A stretch of DNA of 64,000 nucleotides from Thermoanaerobaculia bacterium (GTDB lineage: Bacteria > Acidobacteriota > Thermoanaerobaculia > UBA5066): NCBI GenBank assembly GCA_963719225.1, contig CAVRAY010000001.1, positions 192,001-256,000 of the forward strand, written 5' to 3'. The translations under genes were made by a program, and so were the position numbers. Below, one piece after another: positions 19,173 through 28,526 of the stretch (positions are counted from its first letter, which is position 1; every line of letters starts with the position of its first letter). Below the pieces are notes generated by a model. That model did no database searches. It had not been told where the DNA came from and was given only the letters and a program-made list of their open reading frames with translations.

Positions 19173-19607
19173 CTAATCCACGACCTCGATCTTGGGGTCG
19201 ATCTCCTTCGCCTTGTCTGGGGGGTCACCCCAAAGCACGAGCTTGGCCGTATAGGGGAAGACCCCCTTGTTTTTCGCGCGCTCGGACTTCAGGACCTTCT
19301 TCTCGTGCTTGGGAGGGGTGTCGAAAGGCGATCCGCCGCCGAACGAAACCTCCACGTCGCCATCCGGCGAGGCCCAAACGACCCAGTCCTTGTTCTTGCG
19401 GAGGGTAATTTTCTTATCCTCCGCCGGATCGAGTATTTCTCCCCTGCCCGTGTCCTTGTTGTAAATGACGATTACGGCAACCGCGTGGCCGGTATCGAGG
19501 ACGACGGGTTTGTCCTCCCGCTTGTTGCAGCCCGGCAGGGTCAGGGCCGATGCGCCAAGAAGGAAAACGGCCGCGAGGAGGACGGGAAACCGCTTCGAGA
19601 TCTTCAT
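19173..19607 (-). CDS. Small putative lipoprotein, beta-rich, C-terminal IDPKIEV motif
   Basis: ATG overlaps kinase stop (ATGA); SD GGAG; lipobox-like LPGC after a hydrophobic stretch. Confidence 0.7.
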   Translation of the reverse strand: MKISKRFPVLLAAVFLLGASALTLPGCNKREDKPVVLDTGHAVAVIVIYNKDTGRGEILDPAEDKKITLRKNKDWVVWASPDGDVEVSFGGGSPFDTPPKHEKKVLKSERAKNKGVFPYTAKLVLWGDPPDKAKEIDPKIEVVD

Positions 19608-22240
19608 CTTTTCTCTCCTGTTGACGGGGGAACGGCGGTGAGAGTCGGAGCGAGGGACGCGAGCCTTTGGAAATCCGGCTCGCTGCGGAGCGGTATGAAA
19701 TCCGGGTCGTGCTGGATCTCGACGAGGCCGTAACCGCGTGCGACGGCCTTCTGGAGCCACGCGAGGGCCTCGGCTTTCCTTCCGAGAACCATCGCGGCGG
19801 CTGCGGCGGGCTCGAGGACCTCCTGATCCTCCGGAGCGAGCGCGACGCCTCGCCGGATCTCGGACCATGCCCGTTCGGAGGCTCCCGTCCGGGCGAGACA
19901 CCGGCCGAGGAAGACGATGCTCACCGCGTCGGCGGGGTTCACGGTCAGCTCCGCCGTCACGAGCGGAAGCGCCGCCTCGTACGCGGCGCGCGCGCGCCCG
20001 GCTTGCTCCGGGCTCTGCGAGAGCGCGTCGCCGAGGTAGATGTGCCAGCGGTAGTTCTTGGGCGCGAGGTCCGCAGCGCGCTGGAAGGACGCTGCCGCCT
20101 CGGGGAACCGGCCCAGCAGATAGTGCGCGACGCCGAGGTTCGAGTACGCCTCGGCCACCGGGAGGATCCGGATCGAGTCGTCGAGGGCCGCGCGTGCTTC
20201 CTCGAACCGCCCCAGGCGCAAGAGCGCCGCCCCGAGGTTCTGGTGCACCTTCGCGACGTCCGGGTTCAAGGCGATCGCGCGCCGGTAGGCGGCGGCGGCG
20301 CTCTCGTAGCGGCTCGTGCGCCAATAGAGGTTGCCGAGCCGGTTGAACGCGTTCCACGACGTGGACCGAAGCTCGACGAGGCGGAGAAGCGACCGTTCCG
20401 CTCCGGCGATGTCCTGGCTCTTCTGAAGCGCGGACGCCAGGGCGAGAATCGCGGCCACGGAGCTCGGGTCGCGGTCGACGGCCTTCCGGAGGACGGCGAT
20501 CGCGTCGGCGCTCCGGCCGGTCGCCGTCAGGACTTCGCCCAGCGTCACCTGCGCCTCGGGGAGTTCCGGGTCGAGCGTGCTCGCGCGCTGCGCGGCCTGC
20601 TGCGCGAAGCTGGCGAGAGTCACGTCCTTCGTGAGGTTGTAGGAATACAGGTACGCCCGTCCGAGCGCGGCTTGCACGGGCGCCGAGCCTTCGCCTCCGG
20701 GAATTCGCGTGAGGAGCGAGATCGCTTTCTCGACAGAGGCCCTGTCCTCGGACCTCTCCAGGTGCCCGAGCGCCACGACGTAGTCCGTCTGCGGCGGGCC
20801 TGCGGGGACCGACGAAGGCGCAGGGATCGGGACCGCGCCTCCCGACGCGAGGTGGACCTTGAGCGCCGACGCGAGCTTCACCGTGAGCTCGTCCTCGAGA
20901 CGGAAATGTTCGGCCGCGGGTCCGGTCACCTCGCCCGCGGCGATCTGGACGGGAGAGCCCGCGAGCGAGATCGAAAACGAAAGCTGGCGCGTGTCGCCCA
21001 TCTGCCGGACGGCGGGCTGGACGAGGAGGTTTGCGCCCGTGTCGCGCGCCCACTTCGCGACGTCCGTCTCCCTGAGCATCGCCGGGCCCGAGGGCCGCAT
21101 GATCGCGAGTCCCTGGATGCTCTGGAGCTTCACGCCGAGGCTGAACGACACCCCGTCGCAGAGCTGCCGCCCGTCCTCGCGGCCCGTGAGGTCCGTCGCC
21201 GGCAGGATCGCGAGCATCTTCGAAGCGGGCAGGGCCTTCCCGTCGCGGCCGCGCACGGACACCCAGAGGAGCGCGGCGACGACGGCGAGGAACGCGCCCC
21301 CCGCGGCGACGAGCATCCGGCGGCCTCCGCGGCGCGCGAAGGATCCGGAGCGGCGTTCCAACGGAACGATGGCCGTCGTGCGCGAGCCCGCCGCGGCCTC
21401 GAGGAAGGCGCGCGTCTCGCTCACGTTCGCCGGGCGGTCGACGGGGTCCTTCCGGAGAAGGCGTCTGATCAGATCTCGCAAGGGAAGCGGCGTCGCGGCC
21501 GGCAGGGCGGCCCAGTCCGGATCCCGGTCGAGGATCGCGACGAGGATGTCCGAGAGGCTCTCGCCGTCGAAAGCTTTCTTCCCCGCGAGCATCTCGTAGA
21601 GGACGCATCCAAACGACCAGAGGTCCGAGCGGGCGTCGAGCGTGCGGCTGCGCGCCTGCTCGGGGCTCATGTAGCTCGCGGTCCCGAGGACGACGCCCTG
21701 ATGCGTCGCATCGGCCGCGGCCGTCGGCGAATGCGAAATATCGGGCGAGGCGCTGCCGAGCGCGAAAGCCTTCGCGAGACCGAAGTCGAGGAGCTTCACT
21801 TTTCCCTCTGGCGTCACGACGACGTTCGCGGGCTTCAGGTCGCGGTGGAGGATCCCCTTGGCGTGCGCGGCCTCGAGCGCATCGGCGATCTGGAGAGAAA
21901 TGCGCAGCACCTCGCTCGCGGAAAGGGGCGCGCGCATGATGCGCTGCTTGAGCGTCTCGCCGCTCACGAGCTCGAGGACGAGAATGCGGAGGTCGTCGAT
22001 CTCCTCGAGGTTGTAGATCGCCGCGATGCTCGGATGGTTCAGAGAAGCGAGGACGTGCGCCTCGCGCGTGAAGCGGGCGAGCCGATCGGCGTCCTTCGCG
22101 AACGCCGCCGGCATGATCTTGAGCGCCACTTCGCGCTGGAGACGCGTGTCGCGCGCGCGCCAGACCTCGCCCATGCCTCCGGCTCCGAGAGGGCCGAGGA
22201 TCTCGTAGGCCCCGAGGCGGGCGCCCGGTCTGATCAGCAT
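19604..22240 (-). CDS. Ser/Thr kinase with TM, TolB-N/FlgO-like domain and TPR repeats
   Basis: LGAGGMGEVW, HRDLKPAN, DFGLAK, YMSPEQ; LAILP domain; TPRs (AYSNLG, AIALNP). Confidence 0.9.
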   Translation of the reverse strand: MLIRPGARLGAYEILGPLGAGGMGEVWRARDTRLQREVALKIMPAAFAKDADRLARFTREAHVLASLNHPSIAAIYNLEEIDDLRILVLELVSGETLKQRIMRAPLSASEVLRISLQIADALEAAHAKGILHRDLKPANVVVTPEGKVKLLDFGLAKAFALGSASPDISHSPTAAADATHQGVVLGTASYMSPEQARSRTLDARSDLWSFGCVLYEMLAGKKAFDGESLSDILVAILDRDPDWAALPAATPLPLRDLIRRLLRKDPVDRPANVSETRAFLEAAAGSRTTAIVPLERRSGSFARRGGRRMLVAAGGAFLAVVAALLWVSVRGRDGKALPASKMLAILPATDLTGREDGRQLCDGVSFSLGVKLQSIQGLAIMRPSGPAMLRETDVAKWARDTGANLLVQPAVRQMGDTRQLSFSISLAGSPVQIAAGEVTGPAAEHFRLEDELTVKLASALKVHLASGGAVPIPAPSSVPAGPPQTDYVVALGHLERSEDRASVEKAISLLTRIPGGEGSAPVQAALGRAYLYSYNLTKDVTLASFAQQAAQRASTLDPELPEAQVTLGEVLTATGRSADAIAVLRKAVDRDPSSVAAILALASALQKSQDIAGAERSLLRLVELRSTSWNAFNRLGNLYWRTSRYESAAAAYRRAIALNPDVAKVHQNLGAALLRLGRFEEARAALDDSIRILPVAEAYSNLGVAHYLLGRFPEAAASFQRAADLAPKNYRWHIYLGDALSQSPEQAGRARAAYEAALPLVTAELTVNPADAVSIVFLGRCLARTGASERAWSEIRRGVALAPEDQEVLEPAAAAAMVLGRKAEALAWLQKAVARGYGLVEIQHDPDFIPLRSEPDFQRLASLAPTLTAVPPSTGEKR

Positions 22241-22300
22241 GTCGTCATCGGAGATTATCTCGTCCAGCCGTGCGCGTTTCGTTAGACTGGCCGGCATTCC

Positions 22301-23719
22301 ATGAGGATCCCGTGGATCGCGAGTCTCGTTCTCGCGTGCGCCGTCGGCGCGCCGGCCGGCCGCGGCGAAAGTGCGGAGGCATCCGCGCTCTGGAACGCGT
22401 GGCCGCACACGGTCGAGGTTTCGCCGTTCGCGCTCAAGCACGAGGACCTGCGCGTACGGCTCTCCGCCCTCGCCGCGCGGCATCCCGGGCTCTTCGCGGT
22501 CGCCGAGGAGGGCGTTTCGGCCGAAGGGCGGAAGATTCCCCTTCTCGTCGCCGGCTCGGGTCCGACGACGGCTCTCCTCTGGTCGCAAATGCACGGCGAC
22601 GAGCCGACGGCGACGAGCGCGCTCCTGGACATCCTCGAGCATCTCGGAAGGACGAGGAAGACGCCCGAGACCGAGAGACTCCTGTCGCGACTCACGCTCG
22701 CGATCATCCCCATGCTCAACCCCGACGGTGCCGCGCGAACGCGGCGCACGAACGCGCAGGGCATCGACATCAACCGCGATGCGTTGCGCCTCCAGACGCC
22801 CGAAGGCCGCTTTCTCAAGTCCGTGCGCGACCGGCTGAAACCCTCGATCGGATACAACCTCCACAACCACAGCCCGAACGTGACGGCGGGGAAGAGCGGC
22901 AAGCAGGTCGCGATCTCGCTTCTCTCCGTCCCGTTCGACGACGCATTCACCGTGAACGAGGGACGCCGGACGACCATGCGGATGGCCGTCCTGATCCGGC
23001 GGCTTCTCGAGCCGTGGGCGAAGGATCGCGTGGCCCGTTACGACATGGACTACACCGCGCGCGCCTTCGGCGACTCGATGACGCGATGGGGCACGCCGAC
23101 GCTTCTCATCGAGACGGGCGGGTTCTTCGGACCCGGCGAGGCGGACGTGCTCGTGCGCCTCAATTTCGTGGCGCTCCTCGGCACGCTTCACGCGCTCGCG
23201 GACGCCTCGATCGCGAACGTGGACGCCGGGGCATACGACGCGATTCCTCTCAACACGCGGGACCGTCTGTTCGACATCCTCCTTCGCAACGCGCGCGTCA
23301 TCGGAGGCGGCGGCCTCCCGGCGTTTCACGCGGACGTGGGCCTGAACGTCGCGTCCACGCGTCCCGGCTTTTCGGGTCCGTCTCCGCGCGGAATGCGCGG
23401 AGGCGTCCTCGAGGTGGGCGACCTGACGGAGTTCCTCGGCAAGACGGAGCTCGATCTGGGCGGCCGGCTTCTCGTCGTCGCGCCGCCGGGAGGCGAGGAC
23501 GGCTGGAGAAAGACGCTCGCCCGCCTCGCGGGCCGGGGACTCGTGACGGCGGACGGCCTCCTCGCGCTCTCCGAGCCGGACCTTTCCGCCGAGGCGAGGG
23601 TGTGGCTCGGCGGGGCCGCGCCGCTCGCTCCCGGTTACGGCGGGGATTTCCTCGTCCTCGCGCCGGCGGGTGCCGGCCGGTTCCGCGTCGAGCGCCGGAT
23701 TTCGCCCGTCGAGCCCTGA
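22301..23719 (+). CDS. M14 family zinc carboxypeptidase, secreted
   Basis: S.EGR, MHGDE, LNPDG, R.NAQGIDINRD, NLH, LIETG. Confidence 0.88.
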   Translation: MRIPWIASLVLACAVGAPAGRGESAEASALWNAWPHTVEVSPFALKHEDLRVRLSALAARHPGLFAVAEEGVSAEGRKIPLLVAGSGPTTALLWSQMHGDEPTATSALLDILEHLGRTRKTPETERLLSRLTLAIIPMLNPDGAARTRRTNAQGIDINRDALRLQTPEGRFLKSVRDRLKPSIGYNLHNHSPNVTAGKSGKQVAISLLSVPFDDAFTVNEGRRTTMRMAVLIRRLLEPWAKDRVARYDMDYTARAFGDSMTRWGTPTLLIETGGFFGPGEADVLVRLNFVALLGTLHALADASIANVDAGAYDAIPLNTRDRLFDILLRNARVIGGGGLPAFHADVGLNVASTRPGFSGPSPRGMRGGVLEVGDLTEFLGKTELDLGGRLLVVAPPGGEDGWRKTLARLAGRGLVTADGLLALSEPDLSAEARVWLGGAAPLAPGYGGDFLVLAPAGAGRFRVERRISPVEP

Positions 23720-23723
23720 CGCC

Positions 23724-24812
23724 TCAGCCCGAGGCGCCGACGACGTCCCGCACGTACCCGAGACGCCGCATCCCGACGAGAACGATGTCCACGCCCGGCG
23801 TTTCGAGGAGCGCACGCAGCGTGCGCTGAGAGAGGCTCGAGCCTTCGATGCGCGCGGGCGCGAATGCCGTGTCCAGATACGACGCGAGGGACCCGACGCG
23901 CTCCGCGTCCCACGCCGCGTCGCGTCCCAGCTCGCGGAGGATGTCGGGCGCCAGGGCCGCGAACCGCACGAGTCCCCGGGCGGAAAACGCGTTCAGAGGC
24001 CGGTTCACGAGGACGCCGAGACCCGCGCTCTTCGCGACTTCCAGGACGCTCTTCCCGTCCGCCGTGTGAATCGGCTCGCGCGCTCCCGTTTCGAGCGGAT
24101 TGAAGGGAAGCTGAACGACGGCGAAGCCCGGCCCCGCTCTTTCGAGGACGCGCTCGAGCGAGACCGCGTCCTCTTTCTCGTGCGGCACGACGAAGGTGTT
24201 CGACGAGATGCCGTACGACCCGATGCGACCGGCGGCCACCTCCGATTCGAGATGCGCAAGAGCCCGCGAGATGCGCTCGTAGAACGCCGCGCGCGCCTCG
24301 TCCCGCGGCACGCCGCGGTGGGCAGCGTCCATCAGAAAGTACTCGGGGTTGTGGAGGAGAAGAACGTCGACCTTCCCGAGATCGAGCCTTTCGAGCGAAG
24401 CTGTCAGCTGGTCGGCGAGAAAGTCGGGAGAGATCGAGTGCCAGCAATCCGGCGCGTACTCGGTCATCTCGCTCCACGGCCGCCCCGCGCGTGCCCGGCG
24501 GATCGCCTCGCGCTGGTTCGACCCCTGGACGTAGCCCGCCTTCGTCACGAGAACGAGATCCTCGCGCCGGGCGGCGCCGCGTCCCAGGACGTCCTTCACG
24601 ACCTCGCCGACGAGGATCTCGCTGTGGCCGTCGGCGTAATTCGTGGAGGTGTCCACGAGCGAGATCCCCGAGACGAGCGCCTCGCGCAGGGCCTCGCGGT
24701 GGACGTCGGTACGGTCATCCACGCGGTATCCGCCGAAGCCGATCCTCGAGACGCGCGGATGAACGCGGCCGAGGGGGCCGTACGCCGACTCGGGAAGCCG
24801 TGAAAGGGCCAT
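23724..24812 (-). CDS. Aldo/keto reductase
   Basis: SRIGFG, DTS..Y..G.SE, TKAG, SLERL....D..LLHNP, G.I..YGIS. Confidence 0.88.
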   Translation of the reverse strand: MALSRLPESAYGPLGRVHPRVSRIGFGGYRVDDRTDVHREALREALVSGISLVDTSTNYADGHSEILVGEVVKDVLGRGAARREDLVLVTKAGYVQGSNQREAIRRARAGRPWSEMTEYAPDCWHSISPDFLADQLTASLERLDLGKVDVLLLHNPEYFLMDAAHRGVPRDEARAAFYERISRALAHLESEVAAGRIGSYGISSNTFVVPHEKEDAVSLERVLERAGPGFAVVQLPFNPLETGAREPIHTADGKSVLEVAKSAGLGVLVNRPLNAFSARGLVRFAALAPDILRELGRDAAWDAERVGSLASYLDTAFAPARIEGSSLSQRTLRALLETPGVDIVLVGMRRLGYVRDVVGASG

Positions 24813-24819
24813 CGGAGCG

Positions 24820-25938
24820 ATGTTAGGCTCGTACGTGTCCCGGCGTCCTCTCCTCTTGGCGGCGCTTCTCGCGACCCTCGCGCTGGCTGCCGCCTGGGGA
24901 CCGTTCCTCTCGAACATGGACGTGGTCGTGCGCCACTTCGACGGCCCGAACTATCTCGTCGTCGCGAAGACTCTTTACGTGCCCACGACCCAGAACCCTC
25001 TGCCGGGTTACGCCCTGACGCCTTCCTACTTCACGGCGCACACGCCGCTCTATCCGATGGTCCTGAAGGCCTGCGCGCTCCTGGGAGGCTGGAAGGCGGG
25101 TCTCTTCGTCGCGACGGGCCTTCTCGCCGCCGTGTCGGCAGCGGCGTTCGCGGTTTACGCGAAGGAGGCCGCTCCGGAGATTCCGACCCTCGTCGCGGTT
25201 CTTGCATTCCTCTTTCTGCCCGCGCGGATGTTCCTGTACCGCGCGCTCGGGGCGAGCGAAGCGCTCATGTCGCTTCTCGTCGTCCTCGCCGTTCTCGCCT
25301 GGCGCCGGGGACGCGTGGACTGGGCGCTCTTCGCCGCGGCCCTCGCCACGGTCACGCGCACGAACGGGGTTCTCGTGGTTTGCGTTCTCTGCATCGCGCT
25401 TCTCTTCTCGGGTCGTGTGAAGACCGCGCTTCTCGGGGGCGCCCTCGCGGCCGTGCCTCTGCTTCTTCTCTTTTCCTGGCATCGATATCTCTTCGGCGAT
25501 TTCCTCGCGCTCCTCCACGTCCATGCCGATAGCGCCGGAGGAACGGGTCGCCTGGGCCTTCCGTTCGCCTTCGTCGGCGAGATGGCCGCGCGGAACGACT
25601 GGGAGACGGCGGAGCTGCTGCTCGGCCTGCATCTCTTCTACGTCCTGTGTGCGGCGCGGCTCTTCGCGAGGGGAGACCGGCTCGAGGCCGGCCTCATCGC
25701 CGCGCACGTCGCCTTGTTCTCGCTCCTCCGTGAACGCGACCTCGCCCGGTACTACCTGACGGTTGCTCCGTTCGCCGTCGTCGTCGCGTGGCGCGACGTC
25801 TGGAGCCGGCCGCGTCTCGCCGCGGCGGTTATCGCCATCCTTGCGCCTCTTTCCGTCTATTACGCCTGGAAGACGATTCCGATGAACCTGTGCAGCGAAC
25901 CCGCCTACCGGGCCCTGCTCTCGTTTCTCGCTTCCTGA
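24820..25938 (+). CDS. GT-C membrane glycosyltransferase (PIG-V/PMT-like); start may be GTG 24835
   Basis: Polytopic membrane protein; FDGPNY..VA, PLYP, SEAL, TR.NG motifs. Confidence 0.7.
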   Translation: MLGSYVSRRPLLLAALLATLALAAAWGPFLSNMDVVVRHFDGPNYLVVAKTLYVPTTQNPLPGYALTPSYFTAHTPLYPMVLKACALLGGWKAGLFVATGLLAAVSAAAFAVYAKEAAPEIPTLVAVLAFLFLPARMFLYRALGASEALMSLLVVLAVLAWRRGRVDWALFAAALATVTRTNGVLVVCVLCIALLFSGRVKTALLGGALAAVPLLLLFSWHRYLFGDFLALLHVHADSAGGTGRLGLPFAFVGEMAARNDWETAELLLGLHLFYVLCAARLFARGDRLEAGLIAAHVALFSLLRERDLARYYLTVAPFAVVVAWRDVWSRPRLAAAVIAILAPLSVYYAWKTIPMNLCSEPAYRALLSFLAS

Positions 25939-26384
25939 CGCCTTCCCCCGGCGCGGTCGCAGTAGCGCGCCCAGATCGTCGCGGCGGCCAGCAGGATCAC
26001 GCCCACGGTCGTCACGAGGAACACCGCTACCGGCCGGGCCTTGTGAGCGGGAGGGACGGAAAGCGAGGAGATGAGGCGCTCGGCGCTCGTCGTCTGGCGC
26101 GCCTCGGTTTCGAAGACGGCCTCGACCTCGCCGAAGCGCACCGCCGACCCCTTGACGAGCGGCGCCTCCTGGACGCGCGTCCCGGCCACGCTCGTGCCGT
26201 TGGCGCTGCCGAGGTCGCGCACGACCCAGCCCTTCGGCGTCTTTTCCACGAGGGCATGACGGCGCGAGACCGAGCGGCTCGAGAGGGGGACGTCGCAGTC
26301 CGGGTCTCGTCCGACGACCGCCTGCTGCTCGAAAACGTATCGCCGCGCGGCGCCCTCGTCGCGGACGGTCAGGACACCCGGCAT
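25905..26384 (-). CDS. FHA domain protein with C-terminal TM helix
   Basis: VGR...CD, SVSRRHA, DLGSANGT.V, FG. Confidence 0.88.
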   Translation of the reverse strand: MPGVLTVRDEGAARRYVFEQQAVVGRDPDCDVPLSSRSVSRRHALVEKTPKGWVVRDLGSANGTSVAGTRVQEAPLVKGSAVRFGEVEAVFETEARQTTSAERLISSLSVPPAHKARPVAVFLVTTVGVILLAAATIWARYCDRAGGRRQEARNESRAR

Positions 26385-26407
26385 CGTTCTCTTCCTCTCG
26401 CGGAATC

Positions 26408-27781
26408 TTATGCCGGGCGTGGGACGGCGGCTGAATCGTCATCGGAGACGGGAGGCCCGAGGACGAACGCCACGTCCCCGACGTTCGTTTCGGTCGGACC
26501 GGGGGAGAACGCGTCGCCGAGCGCCTGGAAGAACGGTCCGGTGTCGTTCTCGAGGAGCGCGCGCTCGGGATCGAGGCCGAGAGCGCCGGCGCGCGCGAGC
26601 GTGGTCCCGTCGACGAATGCGCCCGCGGCATCCGACTCGTGATCGACGCCGTCCGTTCCCGCGCACAGGATCGCGACGCCGGGAGCCTCCGCGATCTCGC
26701 GGGCGGCGGCGAGCGCAGCCTCGCGATTTCGCCCCCCATGGCCTTGACCCTTGACGGTGACGGTCGTCTCGCCCCCGAGGATCGTCACGTGACGCTTCTG
26801 CGCGAGCGCCGACCTCTGGCGTCTCAGGTCTCCCGCGGCGGCACCCGCGAACGCGAGCCGCCCGCCCGCGACGCGGGCCTCGCCCGAGAGAAGCTCGTGC
26901 ACGACGCGCGGCTCGATGCCGAGGCGCAGCGCTTCGGTCCGAGCGCCTTCGAGCGCCGTCCGCACGTCCGCGAGGAGCACGCTCCAGCGCGGCCCTCCCA
27001 CGCGCGTGGGCGCGGGCTCATGCCCGTACGAGAGGTGCGCGCGCACGGAGGGAGGTACGAGGGGCGCGATCCGGAACCGCTCGAGGATGGCGCGCGCTTC
27101 GGAAGGCCGCGTCGGCCAGCCGAGCGTCGGACCCGAGGCGACGAGATGCCAGCCGGCATCGCCGAGGTCGGAAAGCACGAGCGTCAGGACGTCGGCGGCA
27201 CCCGCGGCCGCTGCGAGACGCCCTCCCTTGACGCGCGACAGCGCGGCGCGCACGGCATTCACGTCGGCGATCGGAGCGCCCGCCGCCAGAAGCAGCGCCG
27301 ACGTCTTCACCTTGTCCTCGAGCGGGATCCCCGGCGCCGGCGCGCACAGAAGGCTCGAGCCGCCCCCCGAGAGGAGAACGACGAAGAGCTCGTCCTTCCC
27401 GAGCGAGTTCGCGAGCGAAAGGGCGGCCTCCCCCGCGAGGAGGCTTCCCGCGTCGGGAAGCGGATGTCGGGCCGCGATCGTGCGCGTCGAGGGAGGCAGG
27501 GTACGGAAGGCAGCGCCCTCGGGCGCGACGACGAGCATCTCGTCGATGCGCGAGCCCAGCGTCGTGTGCGCGGCGGCCGCCATCGGGACCGCCGCCTTGC
27601 CCACGGCCAGCACCACGACGCGGGAAGGCGCGAAGACGAACTCGCGCCGCGTGCGCGACGACACGGAACGGACGAAGACTCCGGTTCCGCGGCGCCCGAG
27701 CGCCTGGGAAACGAGAGCCGCCGGATCGACGGCCGCAACGGCAGCGCGATAGAGCCGTGTGAGAATTTCGCGCGCGTCCAC
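26408..27781 (-). CDS. Glycerate 2-kinase (DUF4147/MOFRL)
   Basis: GKAAVPM, HPLP, LSGGGSSL, KGGRL, ASGP, GGETTV, GGRN, GTDGVD, TETNVGD. Confidence 0.9.
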   Translation of the reverse strand: MDAREILTRLYRAAVAAVDPAALVSQALGRRGTGVFVRSVSSRTRREFVFAPSRVVVLAVGKAAVPMAAAAHTTLGSRIDEMLVVAPEGAAFRTLPPSTRTIAARHPLPDAGSLLAGEAALSLANSLGKDELFVVLLSGGGSSLLCAPAPGIPLEDKVKTSALLLAAGAPIADVNAVRAALSRVKGGRLAAAAGAADVLTLVLSDLGDAGWHLVASGPTLGWPTRPSEARAILERFRIAPLVPPSVRAHLSYGHEPAPTRVGGPRWSVLLADVRTALEGARTEALRLGIEPRVVHELLSGEARVAGGRLAFAGAAAGDLRRQRSALAQKRHVTILGGETTVTVKGQGHGGRNREAALAAAREIAEAPGVAILCAGTDGVDHESDAAGAFVDGTTLARAGALGLDPERALLENDTGPFFQALGDAFSPGPTETNVGDVAFVLGPPVSDDDSAAVPRPA

Positions 27782-27860
27782 GAGCCGCGCAGTCTATCGG
27801 AGGTGCTTCTCGGGAGTAAGATCGTTCGGGGCCGCGCCCGGCGGCGCAGGGAGATTCAAC

Positions 27861-28136
27861 ATGGCACGTACACGGGTTGGCGAAATTTTCGGGTCGATGC
27901 GGGAAGGCCTCTCCGATGCCGGTGAAAGAGGGCAGGAGCTGGCGAAGGACGTGGCAGAGCGCGTCGAGGACGTCCTGGACGAGGCCGGCGTTCAGGGCAA
28001 GCGCATTCGCAAGGAGCTCGCGCGGCGGTGGAAGACGGTCGATAAGGTCGGCCGCGAGAACGCCTTCGTCATGGCGATCGCGGCGCTCGGGGTCGGCATC
28101 GTCGTCGGCTATCTCCTCACGCGCGACGACGACTGA
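27861..28136 (+). CDS. Small tail-anchored membrane protein (ElaB/YqjD/DUF883-like)
   Basis: Charged helical body, C-terminal REN..AIAALGVGIVVGYLL; SD GGGAG. Confidence 0.65.
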   Translation: MARTRVGEIFGSMREGLSDAGERGQELAKDVAERVEDVLDEAGVQGKRIRKELARRWKTVDKVGRENAFVMAIAALGVGIVVGYLLTRDDD

Positions 28137-28150
28137 ACCGGCTTTTCCCG

Positions 28151-28411
28151 CTATGCGAAGTGGTCGGCGTTGATCTTGAGGTAGTGCGCCCACTTCTCCG
28201 GGATGGTCTCTTCCGTGAAGATGGCCTTGACCGGGCATACGGGCTCGCAGTTGCCGCACTGGATGCAGGTGTTCGGATCGATGTAGAGCATCGTCGCCTC
28301 GGCGAACCCGTCCTCGTCCTTCTTGGGATGGATGCAGTCGACGGGACAGACCTCGACGCAGGCGGTGTCCTTCGTTCCGATGCACGGCTCGGCGATGATG
28401 TACATGCCCAT
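28151..28411 (-). CDS. fdxA: 7Fe ([3Fe-4S][4Fe-4S]) ferredoxin
   Basis: CIGTKDTACVEVCPVDC and YIDP..CIQCGNCEPVCP; SD GGAGGAGG. Confidence 0.85.
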   Translation of the reverse strand: MGMYIIAEPCIGTKDTACVEVCPVDCIHPKKDEDGFAEATMLYIDPNTCIQCGNCEPVCPVKAIFTEETIPEKWAHYLKINADHFA

Positions 28412-28526
28412 GCGGCGGATCCTCCTCCGGCCCGGAAAGTCTACTCGACCGCACGCCGCGGGGAAACGCGGTTGACGTCCCCCTCCCGGCCCGTGAAGAT
28501 GCGCTCCTAGAGAGACACCAAAGGCC

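Noticed and set aside
19604-23815. Apparent 1403-aa kinase, and similar over-extended starts (7887, 9918, 13257, 28784, 52485)
   Set aside because: The N-terminal extensions overlap real genes on other frames or strands; domain starts and stop/start overlaps place the true starts later.
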